Positions 49,246 to 59,347 of a stretch of DNA of 64,000 nucleotides are shown piece by piece. The stretch is from a virus. Location of the stretch: positions 96,001-160,000 of IMG/VR virus record IMGVR_UViG_3300028388_004019; one strand, given 5' to 3'. The translations under genes and the position numbers were made by a program. The notes below the pieces were generated by a model that worked only from the letters and a program-made list of their open reading frames with translations, was not told where the DNA came from and searched no databases. The stretch's first letter is position 1. Every line of letters begins with the position of its first letter.

Positions 49246-52200
49246 TTATATCGGTTGTGGTGTCCAATCGTAACTAATTGTGATGTTACTACTTCCCATA
49301 GTAAACGTTTCTGAGTCGTTACCTGGTGATAATCCACTATTTGCGGAAATCGAAGGAACACTTTGTCCTGAGACTGAACCGATACCTTGTGTCTCACCAT
49401 ATATTTGACAACCTGAACCAAGTACACCTTGAGATTCAACGTAGTATATGATAGTATCACCTTCGAATACCGTAATTGAGTCGGTACTGTCATTACCATT
49501 ACCCAATGCCGTGAATGACGACCTAAGAGTACCATTGACGTAAACATTCGCACTACCTCTAGCACACGTTGCACTTGTGTAGTTAATATTAATGGTCTTC
49601 GGTTGTGCCGACGTTGAAGGAGTTACTGTTGGTGTTCTCGTCGGTGTTCTCGTTGGTGTTGCACTTCTCGTAACCGATGGTGTCGGTGTTGGAGATGCCG
49701 GTGGTGGAGTACTCGTTGGTGTTCTCGTTGGAGTTGCCGAAGGAGTTGGTGTTGGTAATGCACAGAATGAACAAGAGTCACCGACCGCATCAATAGTGTA
49801 TGTTGCGGGTTCAGGACTATCGTGAGTTGTGAGTATTTGCCAACATCCTGTCACTTCTTTAACCGATACGTAATCACCAATTGATGGTACTGAAGAGAAT
49901 CCTGTTCCTAATACTGCGGTTTGTTGTTGAGCACCTGTCTGACAGTTACCATCAACATAATTAATTTCACCAATTATGAACTTATACTCAACACACGGAT
50001 ATGTTTGTTGACAAACAGTACAGTTTGAATAAAGTTCCGCACCTGGATTCCAAGTTCCATTATCATTTTCAAAGACACCGTCAAGTATTCCCAAGTCAGT
50101 AACGTTGTCACCAGCATAAGAGTCACCAATGAATCCAACACAACCATCAAGGACACCTGTTTGTCCTTTTAAGTGTAATGATGCACTTCCTTCATCAAGT
50201 GCTTGTAAAATTGCTCCGAACTGTGCACTGTTTATACTAATTCTATATACTAAATCATCACAACACCCTGACATGTACATCGGGTAGTATACCGTTGAAG
50301 GAGTTACCGATGGTGTCACAGACGGAGTCAATGATGTTGATGGGGTAATAGTCGGTACCGGTGTTGTTGTCGGTTCTGGCGTTTCAGTAGGTGTACTCGT
50401 TTGAGTAGGACCTGGAGTACTTGTTGGTTGTGCTGTAGGAGTTACTGATGCTGTTGGTGTAACAGTTGGCGTTTCCGTTTGAGTAGGTGTCACCGATGCT
50501 GTCGGAGTTACCGAAGCTGTTGGTGTTACTGATGCTGTTGGAGTATTAGTTGGTGTTTCCGTTTGAGTAGGTGTTACTGATGATGTTGGTGTCACCGAAG
50601 CTGTTGGTGTATTAGTTGGTGTCACAGTATTACTTGGTGTAACCGAAGCTGTTGGAGTAACTGATGATGTAGGTGTGACTGATGAAGTAGGTGTATTTGT
50701 TGGTGTTACAGTATTACTTGGCGTTACTGAAGATGTTGGAGTTACTGATGCCGTCGGAGTTACCGAAGCTGTTGGAGTATTGGTTGGTGTTGGTGATTGA
50801 GTTGGTGTATTCGTTGGTGTTCTTGACAATGACACTGTTGGTGTAACTGTCTGAGTAGGAGTATTTGTTGCCGTAACTGTTGGTGTTACCGATGAAGTTA
50901 CGGATGGCGTTGGAGTATTTGATGCGGTGACCGTAGCGGTAACGGTAGGGGTAACTGATGCGGTCACTGTTGCCGTTATAGTTGCTGTCGGTGTCAACGT
51001 TGATTGTGGTGTTGTAGACGGTGTTACAGATTGAGTCGGTGTATTTGTTGGTGTTGAAGTTGCGGTGTTTGTTGGTGTCACAGATGGTGTAACAGAAATC
51101 GTTGGTGTTACAGACGCTGTAGTTGTTGGTGTAAATGAAACCGTTGGTGTTGGCGTTTGAGATACACCAGGCGTATCCGATACTGTTGGTGAAGGAGTAT
51201 TTGTCGGTGTGAATGATATTGTCGGAGTAACAGTGGCTGTTGGAGTTACCGTTGAAGTTGAGGTTACTGAAGGGGTTGGTGTACTTGTAGAAGTTGACTG
51301 AGGAGTTGCCGTCGGAGTTGGAGTTGTAGTAGACTGTGGTGTTTGTGTAGGTGTAACTGTAGATGTAACCGTAGACGTAGGAGTAGGTGTTGAAGTACCA
51401 CCAGGTGTTTGTGTTGGTGTACTTGTAGATGTAGAGGCGGGTGTTGATGACGGTGTCACTGAACTCGTTGGTGTTGGTGTCGATGTCCCAGCAGGTGTAC
51501 TGCTTGGAGTAACTGACGATGTCACTGTCGGTGTAAATGATACTGTCGGTGTTGGTGTAGCACTTGAACCAGGCGTATTCGATACTGAAACTGTTGGAGT
51601 AACAGTTGTCGTGACAGTTGGAGTATTTGATTGTGTCGGAGTATTCGTTGGTGTGGATTGAGGTGTTGACGAAACAGTCACAGAAGCGGTTGGTGTAGGT
51701 GTAGATGTTCCACCTGGTGTTTGTGTAGGAGTGTTTGTAGGCGTTGAAGTGGCAGTATTCGAAGGTGTGACTGAAGTTGTAGGTGTATTAGTTGGGGTAA
51801 CATCAGGAGTAGTAGAAATAGTTGGGGTTGGAGTTGCACTAGCACCTGGAGTGTCAGAGACTGATACTGTTGGGGTGTTTGTCGGTGTTACCGCAGCAGT
51901 ACCTGTTGGACTCGCAGTGACCGTGGCTGTTGGTGTACCCGTTGATTGTGGTGTTGATGTTGGTGTAGAAGTTGTTGTTGATGTTGGTGTCGATACTGGA
52001 GTTCCTGTTGGACTAGCGGTTACCGTGGCAGTTGGTGTACTCGTAGACTGAGGTGTTGATGTTGGTGTTCTCGTTGGAGATACTGTTTGAGTAATAGTCG
52101 CAGTTAACGATGGAGTCACCGTAGATGTTATCGTGGCAGTTATAGACGGAGTTACGGATGGTGTATTTGACGGAGTAATAGTAGGTGTTACGGTCTGAGT

Positions 52201-52422
52201 TTGTGTAGGTGTTGGTGTTGGTTGAGCTATAACATACGTATACGATGCTTCATATTTTTCAGAGTAAATCGTATATGTTCCATAGAAATAGTTAGTTTCT
52301 AAATCTGCGGGCATAACCACAGTACCAAAGTCTGTAACTGTTGAGCCCGTATCTGCCGTGAATGTAATGTGAACATTTTCACCACTCAGGTTTTCACTAA
52401 TAAATCTAATTCCTTCTGCCAT
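49246..52422 (-). CDS. Thr/Pro/Ser/Val-rich (mucin-like) putative virion fibre protein with Cys-rich domains
   Basis: About 640-aa T/P tract, then a Cys-rich domain, a second short T/P tract and a beta-rich C-terminal domain. Confidence 0.7.
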   Translation of the reverse strand: MAEGIRFISENLSGENVHITFTADTGSTVTDFGTVVMPADLETNYFYGTYTIYSEKYEASYTYVIAQPTPTPTQTQTVTPTITPSNTPSVTPSITATITSTVTPSLTATITQTVSPTRTPTSTPQSTSTPTATVTASPTGTPVSTPTSTTTSTPTSTPQSTGTPTATVTASPTGTAAVTPTNTPTVSVSDTPGASATPTPTISTTPDVTPTNTPTTSVTPSNTATSTPTNTPTQTPGGTSTPTPTASVTVSSTPQSTPTNTPTQSNTPTVTTTVTPTVSVSNTPGSSATPTPTVSFTPTVTSSVTPSSTPAGTSTPTPTSSVTPSSTPASTSTSTPTQTPGGTSTPTPTSTVTSTVTPTQTPQSTTTPTPTATPQSTSTSTPTPSVTSTSTVTPTATVTPTISFTPTNTPSPTVSDTPGVSQTPTPTVSFTPTTTASVTPTISVTPSVTPTNTATSTPTNTPTQSVTPSTTPQSTLTPTATITATVTASVTPTVTATVTASNTPTPSVTSSVTPTVTATNTPTQTVTPTVSLSRTPTNTPTQSPTPTNTPTASVTPTASVTPTSSVTPSNTVTPTNTPTSSVTPTSSVTPTASVTPSNTVTPTNTPTASVTPTSSVTPTQTETPTNTPTASVTPTASVTPTASVTPTQTETPTVTPTASVTPTAQPTSTPGPTQTSTPTETPEPTTTPVPTITPSTSLTPSVTPSVTPSTVYYPMYMSGCCDDLVYRISINSAQFGAILQALDEGSASLHLKGQTGVLDGCVGFIGDSYAGDNVTDLGILDGVFENDNGTWNPGAELYSNCTVCQQTYPCVEYKFIIGEINYVDGNCQTGAQQQTAVLGTGFSSVPSIGDYVSVKEVTGCWQILTTHDSPEPATYTIDAVGDSCSFCALPTPTPSATPTRTPTSTPPPASPTPTPSVTRSATPTRTPTRTPTVTPSTSAQPKTININYTSATCARGSANVYVNGTLRSSFTALGNGNDSTDSITVFEGDTIIYYVESQGVLGSGCQIYGETQGIGSVSGQSVPSISANSGLSPGNDSETFTMGSSNITISYDWTPQPI
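50290..52225 (-). repeat. Low-complexity T/P/S/V coding tract
   Basis: Continuous (x-T-x-T-P)-type peptide; GTT/GGT-rich on the + strand. Confidence 0.9.
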
Positions 52423-52426
52423 CGTA

Positions 52427-52434
52427 TATAAATA
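52427..52434 (-). promoter_or_regulatory. Candidate late promoter element TATTTATA
   Basis: 4 nt before ATG 52422. Confidence 0.6.
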
Positions 52435-52470
52435 CTTTGTTATTAAATAATGTTATTTTTTTTATACATA

Positions 52471-55400
52471 TTATGTGAATCTTGGTAATGTTGCATTGTA
52501 GTTAGATAATACCTGTGCCGCCGTCAATGAGATATTATATAGTCTAACAATAGAGTATCTACCTGCGAACATACCCGTGTTATCAGCACCTGGGTTTTGT
52601 TGGCCTAAGAATATGAAATTATCTACATTACTTGATAAATAAGATATACCCCCTTGAGAATCATTCAATGTTCCATTCACATATAAAGATTGAGTTCTAT
52701 TAGGGAAGTCCCAAACTAATACAACTTGATACCATAGTCCTTGAGTAAATGTGTTGTCGGACGTTAATAAATTATTATCCCATATTTTAGCATTAAATCT
52801 ACCACTAGATGCCGATATTGGTGGCATGTTCCAAGCGGTTTGAGGATTTTCCGAAGACATTGACATTATATTACCATCATTATCTAAAGGATTTACCCAT
52901 AGTTCATAAGTGAATGATTGATTTGCAGTACCTGTCCCTGGTACTCTTCCAATCAATATATAATCGTTAGACCCGTCAGTTTGTATTGAACCTTGGAACT
53001 CAGAATTATAAGTTGGTCCATTTATCAATGTACCGTTATTATTACCCTGTAAATCTGTCCAAACCGTCCCTGTACCCGCATAAGAATCTTCATTACCCGC
53101 GTCCAAATTAACAATTAGATTGTTTACAAATGGTGGTGTTGGTGATGGTGTTACTGTTCTTGTTGGTGATGGAGTTATTGATGATGTTGGTGTTGGTGTT
53201 GAAGTTGCTTGTGGTGTTCTTGTTGGTGTGGGTGTTGGACTCTCCGCGAATGGTGTTGCCGTGAAGTCCATTGTTGGTGCTGGTGTGTCTGTAGGTGTAA
53301 CCGATTGTGTCGGTGTAAATGTAGGGGTAACCGTAGAAGTGACTGATGGGGTTATTGTTGATGTAACTGTCGGAGTTACTGTCGATTCAGGCGTATTAGT
53401 GACGGTCACCGTGGGTGTCACACTTGAAGTTAAAGAAGGTGTTACCGTTTGTGTTGGTGTAACACTTGAGGTTACAGATGGAGTAACACTCAATGTAATT
53501 GATGGTGTCGGAGTATTAGTTGGTGTAACAGACGGAGTGATACTTGGTGTGAGTGAAGCGGTTACTGTTTGTGTCGGTGTACTCGTTGGTGTAACACCCG
53601 GTGTTTCTGATTGGGTAACCGTTGGTGTCACCGTAGATGTTACCGTCGGAGTAATAGTACTGGTTGGTGTTATCGTTTGAGTTGGAGTGTTAGTTGGGGT
53701 AACAGACGAGGTTACCGATGCGGTTACAGTTTGTGTTGGGGTGTTCGTAGCAGTTACTGTTGGTGTCACTGAAGCAGTTACTGATGGAGTAACCGTTTGA
53801 GTTGGGGTATTAGTAGGTGTTAATGTTGGTGTGATAGATGCGGTTACTGTTTGAGTTGGTGTATTCGTTGCAGTCACTGTTGGTGTTACGGATGAAGTCA
53901 CTGAAGGAGTGACAGTCTGAGTTGGCGTATTAGTTTGTGTGATAGTTGGGGTAATCGATGCAGTTACCGTCTGAGTAGGAGTGTTAGTGGTAGTTACCGT
54001 TGGTGTTACTGATGACGTTACCGAAGGAGTGACAGTTTGAGTAGGTGTGTTTGTCGGTGTAACAGATGCGGTTACCGACGAGGTCACTGTTTGAGTCGGC
54101 GTATTCGTTGCAGTTACTGTTGGAGTTACCGACGAAGTAACTGACGGTGTAGGTGTTTGAGTATTTGAAGGAGTTACGGTCTGTGTTGGAGTGTTCGTTG
54201 GGGTAACACTCGGTGTTGGTGTGTTTGTCGGAGTTTTAGAAATTGTCAACGTAGGTTGTGGTGTATTAGTGACCGAAGGAGTTACCGTTTCTCTCGGTGT
54301 TCTCGTTGGTGATGGTGTTAATGTTGGTGTTGGGGTATTTGTTGCACTACCAATAGGTGTTGCCGTTAAGTCCGAAGTCGGGGCAGGTGTACTTGAAACA
54401 CTTGGAGTTACAGTACCAATAGGTGTCGCAGTTAAATCAACTGTTGGTGCTGGTGTGTCTGTAGGTTGAGGGGTATTTGTTGGTGTATAAGTTACAGACG
54501 GAGTAACAGTTGATTCAGGGGTATTTGTTGGTGTTGGTGTCTGACTAACACCTGGAGTATCAGAAACAGAAACAGACGGAGTCACTGTATTTGTTGGTGT
54601 GACACTACTTGTCGGTGTCACTGTTGAGGTAGGTGTGATTGTTGGGCTTGGACTAATATCTGGTGTGATTGTCGGTTGTGGAGTGTTAGTGACAGAAGCA
54701 GTGACTGTTGGTGTTACTGATGAAGTATTTGTCGGTGTCGGAGTATTACTTGAAGTATTTGTAGGAGTATTTGTTGGTGTTACTGTTGAAGTTACACTAG
54801 GTGTCGGTGATAAAGTACTTGTTGGTGTATTAGTAGGTGTTACTGTTGAACTAACTGAAACTGTAGGTGTCACAGTAGTTGTTTGCGTAACCGCAGGTGT
54901 CGATGTTGGTGACGATGTCTGTGTAACAGAAGGTGTAACCGTAGACGTTGGACTATTTGTTACCGAAACAGTTGGGGTAACAGTTGAGGTTGGACTTGGA
55001 GTTGTACTCACAGAGATAGTCGGAGTCACAGTCATCGTAGGTGTTTGTGTAGGTGTCGGTGTGTTAGATGACGCTGGTGTAGAAGATGGTGTTGGAGAAG
55101 GACTAGCGGTTGGTGTCGGTGTTAATGTAGTCTCGAACTCAAACTTAGGCTCAACAACAAATCTAAATTCCGGTGATACAGTTTCAGTATCCACCTTAAT
55201 ATCTTTATAGAAACTACTTCCCTGTACTAAGTTATAGTCTCTATTTGTACGTGTAATATAAGTCCCAACTTTTTCTCCCTTAAGGATTTTCAGAATGATA
55301 TTATTCACAATGTCATTACCATCAGACATGGTAATTGTGTTAGTGAATTTAATTTCAACTTCAGTATCAACAGGGAATTCGGATGTTGCGGTGTATTTAG

Positions 55401-55821
55401 AAACCACAGAACCGTCAGTATATTCAGCTGTAAGAGAAATAAAGTTTGTTCTTTTATTTCTTCTACAACACATTTCTGAATCTACAAAAGATTCAGCAAT
55501 TGTTACAAATATTTGACTTTCAAGTGGAATTCTATACGTACCCTGACTATTTGTCACAGTAAAGAAACCACTAAACCTACCTATTTTCTTTGTAAATTTT
55601 TTACTAAATTGGTAAGAAACAATATAACCATTATCTTTTTCTTCAACAGTTGCTGGTGAATTAGCGATTCTATAGATACCCGTTTCTACATCATACATAG
55701 AGAAGGTCACCGTTGAAGCGGAAATAAGAGAATCAAGTTGGTTATACCCGTTTCTTGATTCTTTTATCACTTCAACCTGAAGTTTAGGTAACGTACTATT
55801 TTTCTTTATAAAAAACTCCAT
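52471..55821 (-). CDS. Putative virion fibre: BppU-like N-terminus, mucin-like T/P stalk, C-terminal LamG/ConA-like domain
   Basis: C-terminal LDAGN..SY.GTG.VW.DL.GNN.GTLINGP...FTYELWV...WYQVVLVW...LYVNG...VRLYN..L...QVL.NY. Confidence 0.75.
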   Translation of the reverse strand: MEFFIKKNSTLPKLQVEVIKESRNGYNQLDSLISASTVTFSMYDVETGIYRIANSPATVEEKDNGYIVSYQFSKKFTKKIGRFSGFFTVTNSQGTYRIPLESQIFVTIAESFVDSEMCCRRNKRTNFISLTAEYTDGSVVSKYTATSEFPVDTEVEIKFTNTITMSDGNDIVNNIILKILKGEKVGTYITRTNRDYNLVQGSSFYKDIKVDTETVSPEFRFVVEPKFEFETTLTPTPTASPSPTPSSTPASSNTPTPTQTPTMTVTPTISVSTTPSPTSTVTPTVSVTNSPTSTVTPSVTQTSSPTSTPAVTQTTTVTPTVSVSSTVTPTNTPTSTLSPTPSVTSTVTPTNTPTNTSSNTPTPTNTSSVTPTVTASVTNTPQPTITPDISPSPTITPTSTVTPTSSVTPTNTVTPSVSVSDTPGVSQTPTPTNTPESTVTPSVTYTPTNTPQPTDTPAPTVDLTATPIGTVTPSVSSTPAPTSDLTATPIGSATNTPTPTLTPSPTRTPRETVTPSVTNTPQPTLTISKTPTNTPTPSVTPTNTPTQTVTPSNTQTPTPSVTSSVTPTVTATNTPTQTVTSSVTASVTPTNTPTQTVTPSVTSSVTPTVTTTNTPTQTVTASITPTITQTNTPTQTVTPSVTSSVTPTVTATNTPTQTVTASITPTLTPTNTPTQTVTPSVTASVTPTVTATNTPTQTVTASVTSSVTPTNTPTQTITPTSTITPTVTSTVTPTVTQSETPGVTPTSTPTQTVTASLTPSITPSVTPTNTPTPSITLSVTPSVTSSVTPTQTVTPSLTSSVTPTVTVTNTPESTVTPTVTSTITPSVTSTVTPTFTPTQSVTPTDTPAPTMDFTATPFAESPTPTPTRTPQATSTPTPTSSITPSPTRTVTPSPTPPFVNNLIVNLDAGNEDSYAGTGTVWTDLQGNNNGTLINGPTYNSEFQGSIQTDGSNDYILIGRVPGTGTANQSFTYELWVNPLDNDGNIMSMSSENPQTAWNMPPISASSGRFNAKIWDNNLLTSDNTFTQGLWYQVVLVWDFPNRTQSLYVNGTLNDSQGGISYLSSNVDNFIFLGQQNPGADNTGMFAGRYSIVRLYNISLTAAQVLSNYNATLPRFT
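53131..55131 (-). repeat. Low-complexity T/P/S/V coding tract with nested 18/22-aa tandem units
   Basis: TPTQTVT-anchored units alternate between 22 and 18 aa at about 53670-54195. Confidence 0.9.
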
Positions 55822-55824
55822 CTA

Positions 55825-57849
55825 CTACTGTATACAATTTACATCAAATGCACAAGCCACATCATTCGCTATGAAATCAAAATCACAAGACGTCAAATCA
55901 ATATTAAAATTAAAATAACATTGAGTAAGTGTCTCCAAACAATTTGGACACCAGAAGTCGAATAAATTATAAGTATCCCTCTCAATCCTGAAATTGTGTT
56001 GAACCTGAGGGGAACTCAATGGTTCAGTGTAGAATCTCATCTTCGAAATACCACCCATAAAAGTACCACCAAATGCAGGTTCCATCTCCATATTAGTTCT
56101 TAAATCACTTAATGATGTCCCTGAAAGTGTTTCATTCGGCATACATTCAGGGTCCTGAATATACGGACCTTCAAATGAGGTGCACCCTGATGGTATCAAA
56201 CTTTCTCTTAAACCTTGTGTACCGCCACCCCATGATATTGTGTAAGGAACACCGATTTGTTTTTCCTTTTCTGTGCTCAATTCGTGAGGTATAATTTCTT
56301 CAAAGTCTTCAATAACCATGAAAAGATAACCGTTCACATATAATCTTAATACCCCTCTTCGGTCATCAACTTGGTTCAACCACTTTTGGGTCCATTGGAT
56401 TTCAGATACTTTGAAATCATTCAAACCACCTGGCTGTATGAGGTTCGTTGTAACACCATAAGTCGACGCAGAATAAACCTCTTTTCTTATATCACCCAAA
56501 CCACCGATATTTAATAGGTCACAATCCTCGAGATATTTGTATCTCTCGAACACCGCGGACAACATTACCCATCTTTCCAAAGTCCTTTCAGACTCACTGA
56601 TTGGGAACCCACAGACATCATAGATACCTGCTGTAGAACACACTTCATTAATACAGTACCCTGATGAGAATGTTTGACCTGTAGTCTCACAACTTCCTGT
56701 CGTCACACAATCACCAGTATAACGAATGTATTTAACACATAATCGAGGATTTTTAGGGTCCCCACTCAATCTCAACGACATACCATTTGAAAGTATATCC
56801 AACCTCGGGTCTTGTGTTTGACCCGTCCAATTCACATTTGTACCTCTACATATCAATCCATTATTCCTTGTCACGGTTGTGGCAGTGGTAGGATAAATCT
56901 TGAAACAACTTGAAGAAGTGACTCCTGTATCAGAACAAGCACATGTCTTAAAACAATTCGCCAAGTTGCTTGTAACTCTTTGGTACTCTTCTACTGTTGC
57001 ACCACTTATACTTACCCCAAAATCACAAGAAAAATCATTATAAGTTTCAACCATACCGCTTGCAGGGTGATAAAACTTATCCTCAGCTCTTGCCCCAAAG
57101 AAGAAGAATGTACCGGCGTTGTCAGGATAGACATCATTCAAGTATTCTTGACGGTCCATCAAAGTATACTCCTCAACCTGACGTGGTTTGATTAATGTTT
57201 CCATCGTCCATCCCTTGTTAACCCTTTCAGGGAAGATTTCATAATCATAACCGTGTAATTTGTAGAAACCTTGGAAAAATCCACCATATAACTCTTGGTA
57301 GTACCCAACAGAACTATCTGACTTATTGACAATATTGTATATTGTTTCTTTGGTATTTCCTGAAAATCTATGATTTGGTTGGTTAGTAAATGAACCTACA
57401 GGGTGTAATTTCATCCTTCTATCATGATATAGTGGGTCGTGTGTCCTCGCTGAGAATACACCCATAGAATAGTATAAAGTATTACCTGTAATCTTATCAA
57501 AAAGACCAACATCAATCATTGTTAGTCCAGCATCACAAAGTCCTGTAAATCCTGTGTAACAACTCAAATCTTCATTGTTGGGATTGTAGTAATTTGTTGA
57601 AGTAAGTGTATTACCTGTATTCGGTACACCCCAAAATAGATTTGGTTGTGTTGTGGTACCTGTTTTTGTGAGGTCAAAATTAATCGGAAGACGGTTACCT
57701 TCATTTAATCCAATGACATCTTTTGAGAAGATTACCTCCTCATCATAATCACGCTCATCAGAAGCCAAAGTGATATCGAAATACTCACTTGTATCCAACC
57801 TAACCTTGAAACGTTTGTTATTATAATAGTTGATGCTTTGACCTGCCAT
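55825..57849 (-). CDS. Putative structural protein with an interrupted LamG-like fold and Cys-rich inserts
   Basis: WTMETLIKP, WVMLSAVF, LRLYVNG, ISWGGG and FMGGISKMRFY; many cysteines. Confidence 0.55.
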   Translation of the reverse strand: MAGQSINYYNNKRFKVRLDTSEYFDITLASDERDYDEEVIFSKDVIGLNEGNRLPINFDLTKTGTTTQPNLFWGVPNTGNTLTSTNYYNPNNEDLSCYTGFTGLCDAGLTMIDVGLFDKITGNTLYYSMGVFSARTHDPLYHDRRMKLHPVGSFTNQPNHRFSGNTKETIYNIVNKSDSSVGYYQELYGGFFQGFYKLHGYDYEIFPERVNKGWTMETLIKPRQVEEYTLMDRQEYLNDVYPDNAGTFFFFGARAEDKFYHPASGMVETYNDFSCDFGVSISGATVEEYQRVTSNLANCFKTCACSDTGVTSSSCFKIYPTTATTVTRNNGLICRGTNVNWTGQTQDPRLDILSNGMSLRLSGDPKNPRLCVKYIRYTGDCVTTGSCETTGQTFSSGYCINEVCSTAGIYDVCGFPISESERTLERWVMLSAVFERYKYLEDCDLLNIGGLGDIRKEVYSASTYGVTTNLIQPGGLNDFKVSEIQWTQKWLNQVDDRRGVLRLYVNGYLFMVIEDFEEIIPHELSTEKEKQIGVPYTISWGGGTQGLRESLIPSGCTSFEGPYIQDPECMPNETLSGTSLSDLRTNMEMEPAFGGTFMGGISKMRFYTEPLSSPQVQHNFRIERDTYNLFDFWCPNCLETLTQCYFNFNIDLTSCDFDFIANDVACAFDVNCIQ

Positions 57850-57861
57850 TCCCTTTTTTAT

Positions 57862-57889
57862 GATAAATACTTTCTTTGTGGTATTTATA
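57862..57889. promoter_or_regulatory. Divergent pair of candidate late elements (TATTTATC on -, TATTTATA on +)
   Basis: 57862-57869 is 12 nt before ATG 57849 (-); 57882-57889 is 13 nt before ATG 57903 (+). Confidence 0.7.
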
Positions 57890-57902
57890 GTTAAAAAGTA
57901 AT

Positions 57903-58601
57903 ATGATTAAGTCCGATATCTTTAGAAAAGAGAAAGCTGCTTTATCAAAAGCCAAGGAATTGGGTTGTGAAGGTACTCACAAACACGATGGTGGTTTCAT
58001 GCCTTGTAAGTCTCACAAAAAGTGGGAAGAACTTACGTCAAACGTAGATGGGGAGATTGATGAGTTGGTAGATTTCGATGGTACAATGAACAGTTCAAAG
58101 ATTCCAATCGTTGACCCTCATGTTTCACCTAAGAAAACAACCGACCAAACTGTGGCAGCCACAAGAACGGCACAAGACCCTTACGCTTTAGGTTTCAGAA
58201 GATACGTAGGTGAAGAAGACATGTCAGGAGCCTTCGGTTGGGAAGAGACTGAAGATATGGGATTTGAAGATACAATCAAATACTTGGAAGATGAATTAGG
58301 TGTAGACAACGCCGAAGAAAGAGCTGAAGAAATGGGTAAGGACCCAAAGTTAGAAAAGAAAAAAACTGACGGAGCCTTCACAAGAATGAGACTTCAGGAA
58401 AAAGAAAAAATGTTCACCAAAGAACAAATAATGAAAATGAAAGAAGATTTATTGGTAGATAAAGATGCCGATAATGACATCAGACCATCAGACGAATCTG
58501 TTTCAAAAATCATTATGAGAAATATTAAGGCACTCAAGAAATTGGCTAATAAAGAAGGTATTAGTGTAAAACAACTTTCAAAATTATTGAATAATGAATA
58601 G
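57903..58601 (+). CDS. Hypothetical protein with an N-terminal Cys/His motif
   Basis: LGCEGTHKHDGGFMPCKSH. Confidence 0.55.
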   Translation: MIKSDIFRKEKAALSKAKELGCEGTHKHDGGFMPCKSHKKWEELTSNVDGEIDELVDFDGTMNSSKIPIVDPHVSPKKTTDQTVAATRTAQDPYALGFRRYVGEEDMSGAFGWEETEDMGFEDTIKYLEDELGVDNAEERAEEMGKDPKLEKKKTDGAFTRMRLQEKEKMFTKEQIMKMKEDLLVDKDADNDIRPSDESVSKIIMRNIKALKKLANKEGISVKQLSKLLNNE

Positions 58602-59049
58602 TAACTTATATGATAGAAAGGCAAAATTACCTAAAACACTAATCAAACACTTAGAAGAGTGTGGTGGTATGGTAGAAGCAGACTCAAACACTGAAGGTTT
58701 CAATAGAAACAAAGAATTGAGAGAGTCAGGTGTTGTTACTTACCAACAAATCAAAAGAATCAAAAACTTCTTTGATAACTTTGAAGGTAATAAGGAAGAT
58801 GCTCCTTTCATATTAAATGGTGGTGACCGCATGAACAAATGGTGTAACCACGTTTTGGACCACTGGCGAGCGGTAGATAAAGGTGGAAAGAAAAGAAAAG
58901 CCGATGGGGGAATGGAAAATCAATTTATCGATAACCATGAAAAAGATGGTATCACTATGAACCCACATGATAAACATGAAAGAGGAATAAATAAATTTGA
59001 TACTTCTATACAAGAAAGTATTACAAAAAGATTCAAAAGATTAATATAA
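58594..59049 (+). CDS. Hypothetical protein
   Basis: 151 aa, overlaps the upstream gene. Confidence 0.55.
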   Translation: MNSNLYDRKAKLPKTLIKHLEECGGMVEADSNTEGFNRNKELRESGVVTYQQIKRIKNFFDNFEGNKEDAPFILNGGDRMNKWCNHVLDHWRAVDKGGKKRKADGGMENQFIDNHEKDGITMNPHDKHERGINKFDTSIQESITKRFKRLI

Positions 59050-59050
59050 A

Positions 59051-59347
59051 ATGGCTGAACAAAATGACAAGTTAGATTTCTCACAACCAAAAAACTCTTT
59101 GAGTGAGATTGCTGATAGAGAAAGAGGAAGACTTTTTCCTCGTAACGACTATTCACCTGTTTCTGATAAGTATTCTGCGGAACATCCTAATGCAATGGCT
59201 GACGGTGACGATGAAGGTAGAGGAACAGGTTCATTCTTGGATGTACATAATTTCGGTGCCGGAACTACTACTGACATCAATGAAAGAAACGATGACATCA
59301 AAATCAATAAATACAACTATAAGAACGGTTATAAAGTAGAAGAATAA
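59051..59347 (+). CDS. Hypothetical protein
   Basis: 98 aa, tightly packed in the operon. Confidence 0.55.
   Translation: MAEQNDKLDFSQPKNSLSEIADRERGRLFPRNDYSPVSDKYSAEHPNAMADGDDEGRGTGSFLDVHNFGAGTTTDINERNDDIKINKYNYKNGYKVEE

Noticed and set aside
50290-55131. Repetitive GTTGGTGT-like DNA as a CRISPR array or diversity-generating repeat
   Set aside because: There are no identical direct repeats with unique spacers, and the periodicity follows the codons of the - strand ORFs. No cas or reverse transcriptase gene is in the window.
50290-55131. TxT motifs as an ice-binding or ice-nucleation beta-solenoid
   Set aside because: High proline content and irregular unit length argue for an extended linker rather than a regular beta-helix.
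49592-55210. Long + strand V/G-rich ORFs (e.g. 51731..52051, 53120..53680, 54599..55210)
   Set aside because: They are antisense shadows of the T/P/S tracts: reverse complements of ACN/CCN/TCN codons contain no stops. They have no expression signals.
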